Part shown: positions 52,459-64,000 of the stretch, in pieces
Numbering within the stretch: position 1 is the stretch's first letter
Layout of the letters: every line of letters begins with the position of its first letter
Origin: Rhina ancylostomus
Lineage: Eukaryota
Reading direction: 5' to 3'
DNA length: 64,000 bases
Assembly: GCA_030265395.1 (NCBI GenBank)
Contig: JARFYF010000057.1
Span: forward strand, 5,139,924-5,203,923
The notes under the pieces: model-generated
The model's input: only the letters and a program-made list of their open reading frames with translations
The model's database searches: none
What the model was told of the DNA's origin: nothing
Made by a program: the position numbers and the translations under genes

Positions 52459-53835
52459 AAAATCCTAACATAGAAAACAAATTTATTTGAACAGGAATCA
52501 TAACCGATATTTTGCTGTAGGGTCTGTTAGAAAACAGACAATATAGGATTGATTTTTTTTTCAGTACCCCACTCCCAGGGATGTTTAACAAGACCTGTCA
52601 CCACAGCCCCCAACCCAAGAAAACACCATCTGATAGGCCAACGGTGCATTATTATAAAGAGCTGTTTGCTTCTGGATTAAAATTTAAATTATCAGTACGT
52701 TGAAGAGAATCTATACTGTACCAGTGGTGTGGCAAGGTAACAGTGGCAGAATTATAGCCCAGGCTGTTTATTTACATGTAGTCAACATTAATCCACAGAA
52801 CAGAGCCCTCCTTCAGTGAAGTTAATGCCTTCCCATATTTCTTTGTGGGAACCTGAGTTCACTCCATATACAAAAGTAAAAGTATGGTAACTTTCACAGG
52901 CAAGTATGTCAGTCATATTGTACACATCAAAATCTCTCCTCAAGTGGCTTGAGATTAATGTCTGAGTGGTTAATCTGTTGGTGATGCTGATGCTTGTTGG
53001 AGGGTGCTGAACAGGATGAAAATCCTTTCCTTTCTCTTGACTGACTTGCCACGAGTTCAATCAGGATTATATTGGCTCCTGAATTTTACAGCTTCATGTA
53101 AATTCTGAGAGTATTATAGTCCTTTCTAATACCTAGCCCTTGTTTTTTTTATATACAATGAACCTTGGTTATGGAATCTCTGGAATGGAATCTCTATAAG
53201 AATATTGCTGTAACCTTTAATACTGTCAGCTAATAGCAAAATAACAATTTGTTTAAATGTTCTGTAATTGTTAGTCTATTTTGTCATACTGTGCTAGGCA
53301 ATGAAAGGACAGTCATTTTGCAGTGAGTTGATGTCAGCGGTATATTTCATTTCCAAATGTATATTTGTTAATTAGTGTCCTTTTGCACAATAACTTGAAA
53401 AAAATACTGTACTCAGTTTGGTATGAAAAGATTCTTAAATAGAGTAATTGATTATTAGAATACTAAAATGTGTAATAACCAGACTTTATTGTAATTACAA
53501 TATATCTTCCAAGTTGTCAACCATTAATAAACTGACTATTAACCACACTAATTATATTATAACAACAGGTTTACAGGTGCCACTGCCTTTGCCGTTGCTT
53601 CAGATTTACGGGCAGCAGAAAAAAGGATGATGAAAATCCTAATATAGGAAACAAATTTATTTGAACAGGAAGTCATAATAGATATTATGGTAGGGTCTGT
53701 TAGAAAGCTGAGACAAAAACAAAGGCTTGATTGTTTTTTTCTTCGGTACCCCACCCCCAGGGATGTTTAACAAGACCTGTCAACGACATCTGCCGCCACG
53801 GTCTCCACCCCAAGAAAACACCATCTGATAGGCCA
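52459..53835. repeat. Dispersed direct repeat of about 180-200 bp (52459-52640 and 53633-53835)
   Basis: Shared blocks in the same order: aacaaatttatttgaacagga, gtagggtctgttagaaa, cccagggatgtttaacaagacctgtca, cccaagaaaacaccatctgataggcca. Confidence 0.9.
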
Positions 53836-56527
53836 GGTAATATTCACATCTGGAATATTACAAAGCATGTCTGCAGGAGGTTTAAATTTGTTGGGAAGTG
53901 TTTGTTAGTTAACACTTTTGTTGGTTCTTTATTTCCTCTTCTCTATACAACTCCTCCCACATGTGTTTCACCAAAAAGATGCGAGTACACTGGTACCTCA
54001 CTTAATCCTCAGGAGACATACCCAGGGACAAGAGTGCCAATGGAATTGGGCTAAAAAGGTCTTAATAGCATTATATAGAGAGAGGTGTGTTGCTGACAGT
54101 TGAGCTGTGCTGGAAAATTGGTGCGAACCTCTGTCTTCTCCCATCACTACGTGTTGCTGTGCTAGGAATCAGGCATAAATCACTGCCCTCCACTGGTGCT
54201 CATGCAAAACGGCTCANNNNNNNNNNNNNNNNNNNNCTCAGAGCGGAGAGGCTTAAGGATTGGTGTTGGACTGACTGGGGCACCTTGGCTAGTACACTGA
54301 GTGCTGGTCATTGCTGGGGATCAGCAGCTCCTGTTCCATGTGTTGACAGATCATCTGGATCCTTTTCTCTCTCTCCACCTCTTGTTGGATGTGATGGAAG
54401 TTGTCGTCATCTCTTCCTTTTGTCCAGCTGCCGAGCTGTCTCCAGCTCAGAGATCCCTTAACGATAACAAGCCCTATCGGCAGTGGTCATCACCAAGTTT
54501 GTTACAGCAGGGTCAGGGAGAGCTGTGCAGCCAAACAAAGGGAGGGAGAGACAGCAGTTTCTTTCACATCCAATGGGAAGTGATGAGAGAGACCATGGAA
54601 TATGGGTGGTTTGTCAACATATTGTATAGGTCCCGCCTGTCATCAGCAACAGCCTGCACTCGCTGTGCCAGCCAGGATGCAGTTCTGACCAGCTGCTCCA
54701 GCCCAGCCATCACCAGTCCCCATTGACAGCCTCTTCACACTAAGCTGTGGATGATTCATGGCTGTGAGAGCACCAGTAAAGGGCAGGGACTCGCACCAGG
54801 TTCCTGACATAACAGCACGCAGAAAGATCAGATATCTTTTTTATAAATGTAGAGTGGGATCTGTACCTGTCAGTGTTCGGATTCCAGGATCAATAGTGCT
54901 GTAATGAATCTGTACTCTGCGGGGTTGTGCTAAGTGGGGTGCTGGCCTGTGTTGATAGAAGAAGCTGTAAATGCACTCCAAATCTCCCTATGGAACTCTG
55001 CCATCTTGACCAGGATGGTTGTCAAGAGGTGATAATAGAAAATGTTCCCCACAACGGTACCAGCATCTACTCTGTCTGTCCTTTGACAGAGAAGATATTT
55101 TCAGGAGTGGTTAGGGGGGATTGTTGGGATCCTAAAGGAAACCTGAACTGTGTTTATGAAAAGCAGGCAGATCGAGTAGTAGTTTGAACAAGTTAATTGC
55201 CACATGAGCTACTGTCTCATGGGAATCTGGTGATGGAGATCTGACAACACAGCTGTATGTTAGATGTATTTTATCTTTGTAATGGGATCAGGAACTTGCT
55301 GCAGAGTAATCCCTCTGAAGTGATGTATGTGGCTGCACCAACACAACAAGTACCATTAGATTTCATAAATGACTATTTTTGATGATCAAATCCAGGAGCA
55401 GAATTTGTTTTCATGACCAGGTTATGAATAAGATCTATGTATTATTTTATAGCCCCAATCACAATTTGAGTTAGATTACAGAAGTGTAAAGTGACACTGA
55501 TATTTGTGAAGTTTTTCCATTTTTGGGTGTTCTTTGATTAGCGAGATATCTAAATCAGTGTTACAGGAATGTTGTGCGTTATTTTAAGGAGTAGATGTTG
55601 AGTGGTATTCAACTATAAAGAAAAAAACATTTCTTTTGTCTGCACCTTCTATAATGAATTAAAGAAATAGTTTGAGATTTCCCCAAGATGTACTGCTGCT
55701 TCACTCCCAGATAAACTCTTAATAAGCAACCTATTGAAACTTGAAATGCTTCCCTCACATTTTGCCCAGTGTCACTTCTCCTCCAGTGAGTGTGAAATTT
55801 TCTGAGCTGAGCCTGACGTTTCTTTAAGTTCAACATTCAGCCTGCAGAATGGTCCTTCCGTGCTTCAGTAGCCTTCTGATTTATGATGTTTAAGTGCCTT
55901 GTTTATTTGCTGTTCGTAACATGCCTAATGGGTAAAAGCTTGCAGCTTGTATTTGCTATTCCCTTCAGTCAGAAGGGCATGGGGCACCTTGTTGTTTTAA
56001 GCTGATTTTGATGGATTGGTTTTTGCTCCGATTTGCTGCCATCACATCACAGAGCTGACAGGCTGTTTAATGAAACTTTTGGCTGGGATTTTCAGCTTTA
56101 TTGTTTGTGAAATACAGTGCAATATTTGTTGTGGTACATTCTATCCTCTGGTGGCCACTACTTCCTTGGAGGGATAGGAAGCAAGGGGTTCTTCAACATT
56201 TCTCTATTAAGCACAGAACGTCCTACTGAGAGTCAATGGAGTTTTAAAAATAGAATTTCCCTCTCCAGTGTAAATGGAATTATGGTTAAAATAAACCAAG
56301 CTAGTTTGTAACTGGAATTTCAGTTTCATATTTGAAGATTTAAAGGTATAGATATTTTTCTCTTTGATTTTTTTCGTTGGTTTACATAATTGCATAGGAA
56401 CTATTTCTCTCATTAATGAGATAACAAAGAAACAGTCAGAAAATTTAATAATAAGCAGCTACCATATCTGTCTTGCATAGCCCGAGATGTTCTTTGAGAA
56501 GTGGTTGTTGCTGTAACGTTAGAATTT

Positions 56528-56900
56528 GGCACCCATGCTGCAGCAGTTAGTGCTGCTGCTTTACAGCTCCAGGGATCCCTGTTCGGTCCTGACCTGAGGT
56601 GCTGTCTGAACAGACTATGCGTGTTCTCTCTTTGACTGCATCTGCTTCCCCTGGGTAGTGCAGTTCATCCCATATCCTAAAGGCATGCCAATAGGTTAAC
56701 TGTTCAATGTGAGTTACCATTTAGTGTAGGTTAGTGGCTGAAAGAATCAAAGGGGTGTTGATGGCTGTGTATGAAAAATTCATTTGCCGGGATACAGGGA
56801 AATGAGGAGAGGGGGTTGGTGTGGTGAGTGGTTTGGTGAAGTGATCAATGGAATTGCTCCCCTGGGAGCTAGCAACAACCAAATGGCTGCTGCTTATGTT
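56528..56900 (+). mobile_element. HE1/V-SINE-like SINE
   Basis: gcagttagtgctgctgctttacagctccagggatccctgttcggtcctgacc head (B-box-like gttcggtcc) and a degenerate V domain. Confidence 0.7.
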
Positions 56901-57074
56901 ATAAGGTTGTTATTTCTTTTCAGTGGGGGCAGCTGGGTACGTAATGAATACAGGTTATGAAGACTCAAATATCAATACTAGATAAATTCCAGGTGTGAAT
57001 TTTTCTTTCCAGAGTTGCATTTGCCAAAATGACACTTATAAATGGCAAACTGAGTTTGTCAGATGAATTAAAGA

Positions 57075-57200
57075 ATTGTTTGCCCTTGTATAGCACTCAA
57101 AAAAGGACATCCCAAAATGTTTTACACCTAAAGATTGACTTTTGAAATATAGTTGTTGCTGTCGTGTTGCAATTTGGTATTTGCAAAAGACACCCCAGTG
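57075..57200 (-). mobile_element. 3' tail relic of a DeuSINE-like element
   Basis: ttgtatagcac..ggacatcccaaaatgttttaca..cttttgaaatatagt resembles the tail of the 29130 element. Confidence 0.4.
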
Positions 57201-58577
57201 ACATTGGTATATTTTCCACTCTGTTTCTTCCTACTTTTTAAATTACCTTTACTTTTTCCTGTTCCTGTGGGGTACACCTGGTTTTCTTACACATTCCACA
57301 CAGGCTGTAGTTTTATAAGAAGACTTTGGTTTGACCTGTGAATACATTCCCTGTCTTCCCTTCATATCATTCTCCTCCTCATCGTCCATAGAATAAGAAA
57401 GAAAAGCGCTGGAAACTGTAAACTGGCATTTGAAAAGTATTCAACCATTAATAATCCATGCCATAATTCCTGGCAGACTTCCTTTTTAAATTGCTATCTT
57501 AAATATACCTGGAAATTATTCCTTTTTGCCTTTTGGTGCCAGATACAAGCAATCCACCTGAACAGAGTAAATTAACTACTGCCTCCTCTGTACAGTGGAG
57601 GATTAAAATTATTTGTAATGGTTTCTTTAACTGATTTTGTTCTTCATTGTTATTGTGTAGATTTTATACACATTACCTAGCCTTAAGCCATCTGTGAAGT
57701 AAATGACCTGAGTCCCATCAGATTCCAGTATTCTTTATGTTCTTGTTCTAGGCGTGCAGGTTTGTTTCATAACTGCTCGCAATGGGTTGTTGCCTAAAAT
57801 TAAACACACTCGTTGTAAAATTTCTCAGCAGCCCCCGTGCATAGGTTTTGTCTTCTGAAAACCTGGAGGCGTGTGTAATTGATCTTGTACACAAGCGCAG
57901 CTAATGCAGTTACACAGGCTTCACTGGCATCATTCTCTCATTTGACATTTTCTTTCCACCAAGAAGAATGTCAAGGCTTGTATATATCTATAGCTGTGTC
58001 AGTAATTATAGTATGCAAACTTTTTAACCTTAATGGAGCTTAGAAATAATTAAGCCTGTTGGTTATTATAACAAAGGGAGAATTGCAGGAGCCATAATGA
58101 ACTATCAAAATTACCGAATTCATTTCATTCATTTGTTATATTATCTTTACAGGTTTAGCTGCAGAAAATATGTCTGAAAGGGAATGAAATTTCTAATCCA
58201 GTGCATTTTAAGAATGTATTTTTGTACAATCTTTCAAAAGTTGTAATTTGATAAATCAATTTTTAAATATATTGTCACTAACATATGCATATAAAGCACC
58301 ATTTCTACAAAGTCCATGACCCAGTTTCTTTTGTCGATCAAAGCTCCATTTCTGAAGCCAAGCATGTTCCCATGTAAACACTACCAATCCTGGGATTCCT
58401 GCCTATGGAAGCAGAGGTCCCAAACTTGCAGGATGCCCTTCACCATCGTTTTTCTGTCTTAGCTCTAGCATTGAATTCCTCCTGGACTTGCAGCAATTTC
58501 CATTCATTCGAATGGAGAGGAATGGCTGCAATTAACTTAAACCAAATTACAAATCAGCTTATTTATATATTTTGAAT

Positions 58578-59290
58578 GTTCATAGAATAGCATGGGCCCA
58601 TCAGCCCACGATATTGTGCTGACCTATATAAACCTTATCCTCATTCAATTTATCCCTCTCTACTTCGCCTCCCATAACACCCTATTTTTTTTCGTCCATG
58701 TGCCTATCTAATCATCTCTTAAATAATCCTATCGTATCGGTCCCTACCACCATCCCTGGCAGTGCATTCCAGGCACCCACCATTCTCTGTATAAAAACAA
58801 AACTTCTGACATCTCCCCTTGAAGTTTCCTCCACACACTTTAAATGGATGATCTCTGGTATTGGCCGTTGCCACCCTGGGTAAAAGATGCTGGCTATCTA
58901 CTCTGTCTATGCCTCATAATCTTATATAACTCCATCAAGTCTCCTCTCATCCTCAGTCACTCCAAAGAGTAAAGCCCTAATTTGCTCAACCTCTCCTCAT
59001 AAGATGTGCTCTCCAATCCAGATAGCATCCTTGTAAATCTCTTCTGCACCCTCTCCNNNNNNNNNNNNNNNNNNNNNNNNNNNNNNNNNNNNNNNNNNNN
59101 NNNNNNNATTCTAAGTCTAACCAGAGTCTTATGGAGCTGCAACCTCTCGGCTCTTGAACTCAATCCTTTGGCTAATGAAGGCCAGCACACCATATGTCTT
59201 CTTAACTGCCGTATCCACTTGTGAGGCAACTTTGAGGGATCTATGTGCTTGAACCCTAAGATCTCTCTGTTCCTCCACACTGCTAAGAAT
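58578..59290 (-). mobile_element. CR1 3' about 700 bp
   Basis: ERVQKRFTRMLSGLESTSYEERLSKLGLYSLE. Confidence 0.88.
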
Positions 59291-60605
59291 GAGTTTATTT
59301 AAGTAATGTCAGCTGTTTCATGGATCTTTAATTTTCTTTAAGATTTCTAAAACCATGTTTTATTTTATATACCTAGCTTTAATTTTCTGATGGTTTTGCA
59401 AGGTCAGAACTATTTAAAACAAAAAATCAGTTTTTCAATGACTTTGACGACCGTTTTAGGTTGGGGGTTTTGTTCTGGCTCTTCCCATCTAATATTTATA
59501 CCCAGAAGCCTCTGCTGTATGGGGGCCTTGCCATTGAGGATGGAGTCTGCTTCATCCAGCAAGTTAGCCAGAGGTAAGTATGTATGCTTGTTAGGTCACT
59601 GGCAACTGTGTGGCACACTCTTGTGTATATTTTTTTGCAAATTATCTCAAATTACAATCTGGTATATGGTTTGTATATGAACTGTGATAGCTCATTGCAT
59701 TTAACTGCAAAGAAAGCACCTAAAAATCCCGCTTTTGTATTGTTTCTGTGCAGCAGTTATCAGCAGATCCTGCTGCGAGTTGACAAAATTGCAGACTCTA
59801 TGCAGTGCTCTGAGTTTTGTGGTTTGAAGTCCTCTAGGTGGTGCTCTTACTCAATATGTCAGCACAGACTGGTCAAGCATTTCATTACCTCTTAAAACTA
59901 GCTGGAAATTTAATCACTTTGCTTTAATAAATACAAATTTAGAACATCTTGCTTTGCAAAATGGGCATTCCTGGATATTGGATGCTGAACCCTGGGTTCA
60001 CTTCTAAACTTGTTTGCATTTAATATTCATTTAAAAAATTTTTTAAATCTGTGCAAGTCAATTGTGAAAAAGACCAATGATTTTGTCAGCTGTGTGGGGA
60101 ACAGTTGCAGACATTCATATTTCTTTATGCTTGTTATATGAAATGATTATCTTTTTAAAATAATTGTTAAGACAATTTTTAAGCTATCTTGCTTCTATTG
60201 AAGGTGGTCAGATTCAGGGAAATATTTTTAAATTTCTCATATGTCATTCTTATTTCTGCATCTTTCACAACCCTGGTTTGATGGGAACTATGGAAGGCAT
60301 TTCTTCTGGGTCCACAGTTATAAATATTGTCATAATCTTGCACGAAGATAGTGATCTACTCCTGTGTCTTCTTTCCTGTGATTTGCAGTTAGATCTTTGC
60401 TGCTTGAATTCAATCGCTTGTGGTTAATATTTGGAGCAAAGTGCAGTCTTTATACTGGAGTTATATGATAGGTTGTACTGAGTATCAAGTATTGTTAAGA
60501 TGACTTCCCTGGGCATTTGTTTAAATCACCCTGAAATATCATACATATCTTATTTCAAAGTGGAGGCTAAACCCCTGATGTAACAGTAGTGTATTTTTTT
60601 CAAGC

Positions 60606-60730
60606 AGATCAGAATCAGATTTATTGTCATTGACTTAGATGACGTGAAATTTGTTGTTTTGCAACAGCAGTTCAGTGCAAAGACAAAAAATTACTATAAA
60701 TTACAAAATAAATATAGTGCACAAAAAAGA
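60606..60730 (-). mobile_element. Extreme 3' end of the Rex/Babar-like family
   Basis: Closely similar to 27192-27300 (agatcagaatcagatttatt..cgtgaaatttgttgttttg..cagcagt). Confidence 0.8.
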
Positions 60731-61219
60731 AAAAAGATGACTTCCTGTAAGACACTGAATGTTTCATACATAGAAGTGCTAAACTTTCAGACTCAAGGGA
60801 ATTAGAAGGGGTCCTTGCCATCAACTGAATTCATCTGTTTCACAGCATAGGCACAAATTAGTGTCAGTCTGTGTTCAGTTATTTTAGCGTTTAAATGTCT
60901 GAATGATGTGAAAAGTATAGTCCATTTTGCGATCAAAGACTTTTCGGCTTGAATTACTAACACTGTGCTCTTCGAATAGCTGCATAGAAAAGATATGAGC
61001 AAAAAGACACAGTTTTATCCTACAAAGTAGGAAGGTGCAAATTGGACATTCGCATTCAACACAGTTGGTGCTTTAGCAGCTTAGTTGTGCTAAAGCAGGT
61101 CCTTCAGTAATGATCAATGTAGCACCATGCTTGTACTGCATCAACATGAGCGACAAAGCTATGGAATTGCCAAGGTGAATACGCCCCTCTGTGAGTTTTG
61201 TTTTGCAATTTCAGCTCAC

Positions 61220-62235
61220 TGAATGCACAGGAGGCTACCTTATCCAATCAGCTCATGGCAACTCTGAGGGGTCAAGCAATTAGTCCCAATCCAGTACCAA
61301 TTTCCCATAGTTTTTCCTATTCCTTTTGGAAAGCTGCTGTTGAATCCACGCTTTCAGACAACATATTGCAGGTCATTACAAGTCTCTTGCTTTCATGACG
61401 ATTTTTTAAAATCTGTGTGCTGAGCTTACTGATCCTTCTGCTCCTTGTTTACTCAATCAAAATCCTTCATGGTTTTCAAACATTTGTTTGAAAACTCCTT
61501 TTAACTTTCTCTTTTCCAAGACCAGGAACCCCATCTTTATAAATTTGTCCATTTAACTCATTCCACCCCTCATTCTAGTACATCCCTTTTGCACCATCCT
61601 TCCTAACCTTTGATGTTCAGAATTGACCACAGTGCTGCAGCTAGAGGCTAATCAGTGATTTACAAAGGTTCAACATTAACTTATCATTTTAAAATGTTTG
61701 CATTTGCTCACCTCCAGGTGTCTCTATTTCTGGAACTGTTTGAAATTGTACCAGTAGGTTATGTTGTCTCTCTTCATCCACCTTACCAAACTATGTCACT
61801 TTACACTTCTATATTTAAATTTTATTTGTGTTTGCAGCATGTGTCGGTATACTGCTGAAACCTGCAACTGAATTTTCAGGGTTTTGTGTCATGCGGAAAC
61901 TTCGAAGCCAAGACGAAGAAATAGACAATAAGAACTAAAATGGGCAGTAGCCCTAGAATTGACCCTGGAGGTTACAGCACTGCTAACTTCCCTCCAGCCT
62001 GTTAAAGCAGTTGTTCCTTGTTATTTGGTGCATTCTTTTCCTTAGTCAATTTAGTGTTCGTTTTGCTATTGCCTCAGTAATTTCATGGGCTTCCATTCTG
62101 CTAACATGGGAGTGCCTTATCAAAAGCCTTTTCCTGGTCTGGGTGCACCACATCTACCATACTCTTTTCATCATCCCTTTCAGTTACTTCATTAAAAAGT
62201 CAGTTCATTTTGTGAAACATGGTCTAAAGAAGTGA
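61220..62235 (-). mobile_element. Ancient CR1 RT/3' relic
   Basis: tgccttatcaaaagccttt (KAFDK reverse complement) and gaccctggagg..cactgct (GVPQGS-like reverse complement). Confidence 0.6.
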
Positions 62236-63884
62236 TCCTGGTTACTGTTAACCTGAAAGATTGGAATTTCCGAATAATCAGGTAGTGGATTATCAGGGTT
62301 TGTACCCTGTACTAGTCTGAGACTGGTACTGCAGTGTAGCTACAGCACAAATAATAAATATTGCTGGGAATTAATCCAAAATTAATTTATTGAGGCTGGG
62401 TTGTCAATGTGTGGCAGATCACTTTTTCTTAAAATGTATGTAAACCAGTTATATTGTCACATTTTTCTCTAGAATCGTTATTAATCTTTAATTACAATTG
62501 CTTCAATAAATGACAGTCTTGCTTTAAAAAAATGTTTCCACAAAATGAAGAATTACCATGTGAGCTCTTAACTATAAAATTCTGAAGGCTTAAAATGTGT
62601 AACTTTTATTTTATAAATATAGGAAAGCAAATAATTTTGTTAAATTAAGGGGAGATCCTCGGGGGTTTGTTTTTGATAAATCTCATCTTTTGGTATATAC
62701 TTAGCCATTCATCTGTAAATGCATAAGCCTCTTTTAATCCAACTGTTTAGATTTTAATGATTTAAAGGAAAGTCTTCTGCAGATGCCACCAAACTAGAAC
62801 ACATAGTAAACAATGGAGGAAGATGTCGCTTGTTTGGAAGAAAGAAATCCCATTCCTTTTTTTTCTCTCTGTAACATAGCTAATTGTGGAAATTAATGTG
62901 GTAAATGTGAAATAATTAATTTGGGACCAGGAGAGAGAATATCAACAAAATAATGTTTCAGTACCGAACATTGATTACAAAATGTGTCAAGATGTTACAG
63001 CAGATAAATAATTGGAAATCCGTTTTATGGGAAGAAGGTAAAGTTATGTTAACAGANNNNNNNNNNNNNNNNNNACTCTGTTTTATGTCATAAGGTATTT
63101 GGGTTGGCTCAATTTCGAGCACTGTGCACTTCTCAGAGATTCTGACGTAAATAACAATGCTAAACCTGGGTGCAAGGAATTCCACTTTCGTGGAAGTGGG
63201 AAAATGAGCTTGCTTTTTTGGGGGGGTGGGGTGGGGAGGGTGGAAATATAGAACCTGACTTTGAGGAGAACTGACAAGGTTGAGAACAGCCCATTGCCAC
63301 AGAGGAAAGGAGGGTGAATGCAGGAGGCACAGGTTTAAGGATAATAAGTAAGGAGTAAGAGCAGGAGTCGAGGAAGAGGCAGCAAGGCAATTATGTACTC
63401 AATAATTACTCCTTCTAGGCTCACTATTACCCACTATCATTTCTGTCTCAACTGTTTTTTTTACACTGAATGGAAAGCTCACCAGTGTTATTGCAGTAAA
63501 AAAGTGGTGAGCATTTCTCGTGTAAAGTTAGATCTTTCTGATCATACTTTTTTTTAAGACTACTTTCTTCAAGGAAAGCAACATCCTGCATATTTAAGTG
63601 TGATTATATCTCTGTTTCAACAAATTTACAGGATTATAGCATTCAGTCATAGGGGGGTGGGGGTGGGTGAGATAGATCACTTCATTTAATTCTTCTGGGG
63701 CACTGTGGTTAATAAATAAATAAAAGAAGAATTAGGTATTCAACTAAGTTTCAAGTCTTTTCACATTTGGTTACTTCTATCATCATGGATACAGCAGCGC
63801 TATAGGCAAGGTATGCCTGTTTAGATTTTGCATAAATATTTAGCAACATAGAAAATCTAATACAAAAACAAAATATTGTTATGA

Positions 63885-63990
63885 ACCTGAAATAAAAATT
63901 TAATTATGGAAATACTTAGCAGGTGAGGCAACCTCTGGCGAGAGAAAAATTGAGTTAATGTTTCAGTTTGATGACCTTTCATCAGAACAT
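63885..63990 (-). mobile_element. Penelope-like terminal repeat with a hammerhead-like core
   Basis: ggaaatacttagcaggtgaggca..gagagaaaa..gagttaatgtttc; the minus strand reads CTGATGAaaggtcatcaaactGAAAC. Confidence 0.6.
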
Positions 63991-64000
63991 CATCAAGTAC

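Overview
Eukaryotic vertebrate DNA from a gapped draft assembly. It is very probably a cartilaginous fish, judging from HE1/V-SINE-like, SacSINE1/DeuSINE-like, CR1, Penelope-like, RTE, L2 and Rex/Babar-like repeats. The window is almost entirely intronic. The only well-supported coding feature is a 138-nt phase 0/0 internal exon (22276-22413, +) encoding the C-terminal part of the JmjC domain of a KDM4 histone demethylase, most like KDM4B. I could not find the neighbouring exons, so the flanking introns are >22 kb and >41 kb unless exons lie in N gaps. The other listed ORFs are transposon relics, N-gap artefacts or noise. I see no convincing new multi-gene system. The best leads are: a CpG-rich promoter-like module deep in the intron (YY1, palindromic E-box and CRE motifs beside a gap); three perfect hairpins; decayed hammerhead-ribozyme cores in Penelope-like terminal repeats; head-to-head CR1 copies able to form long dsRNA; a ~190-bp dispersed direct repeat; and several repeat-free blocks that look like conserved non-coding elements. 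Repeat family names were recognised by eye, not by database search, and repeat boundaries are approximate.
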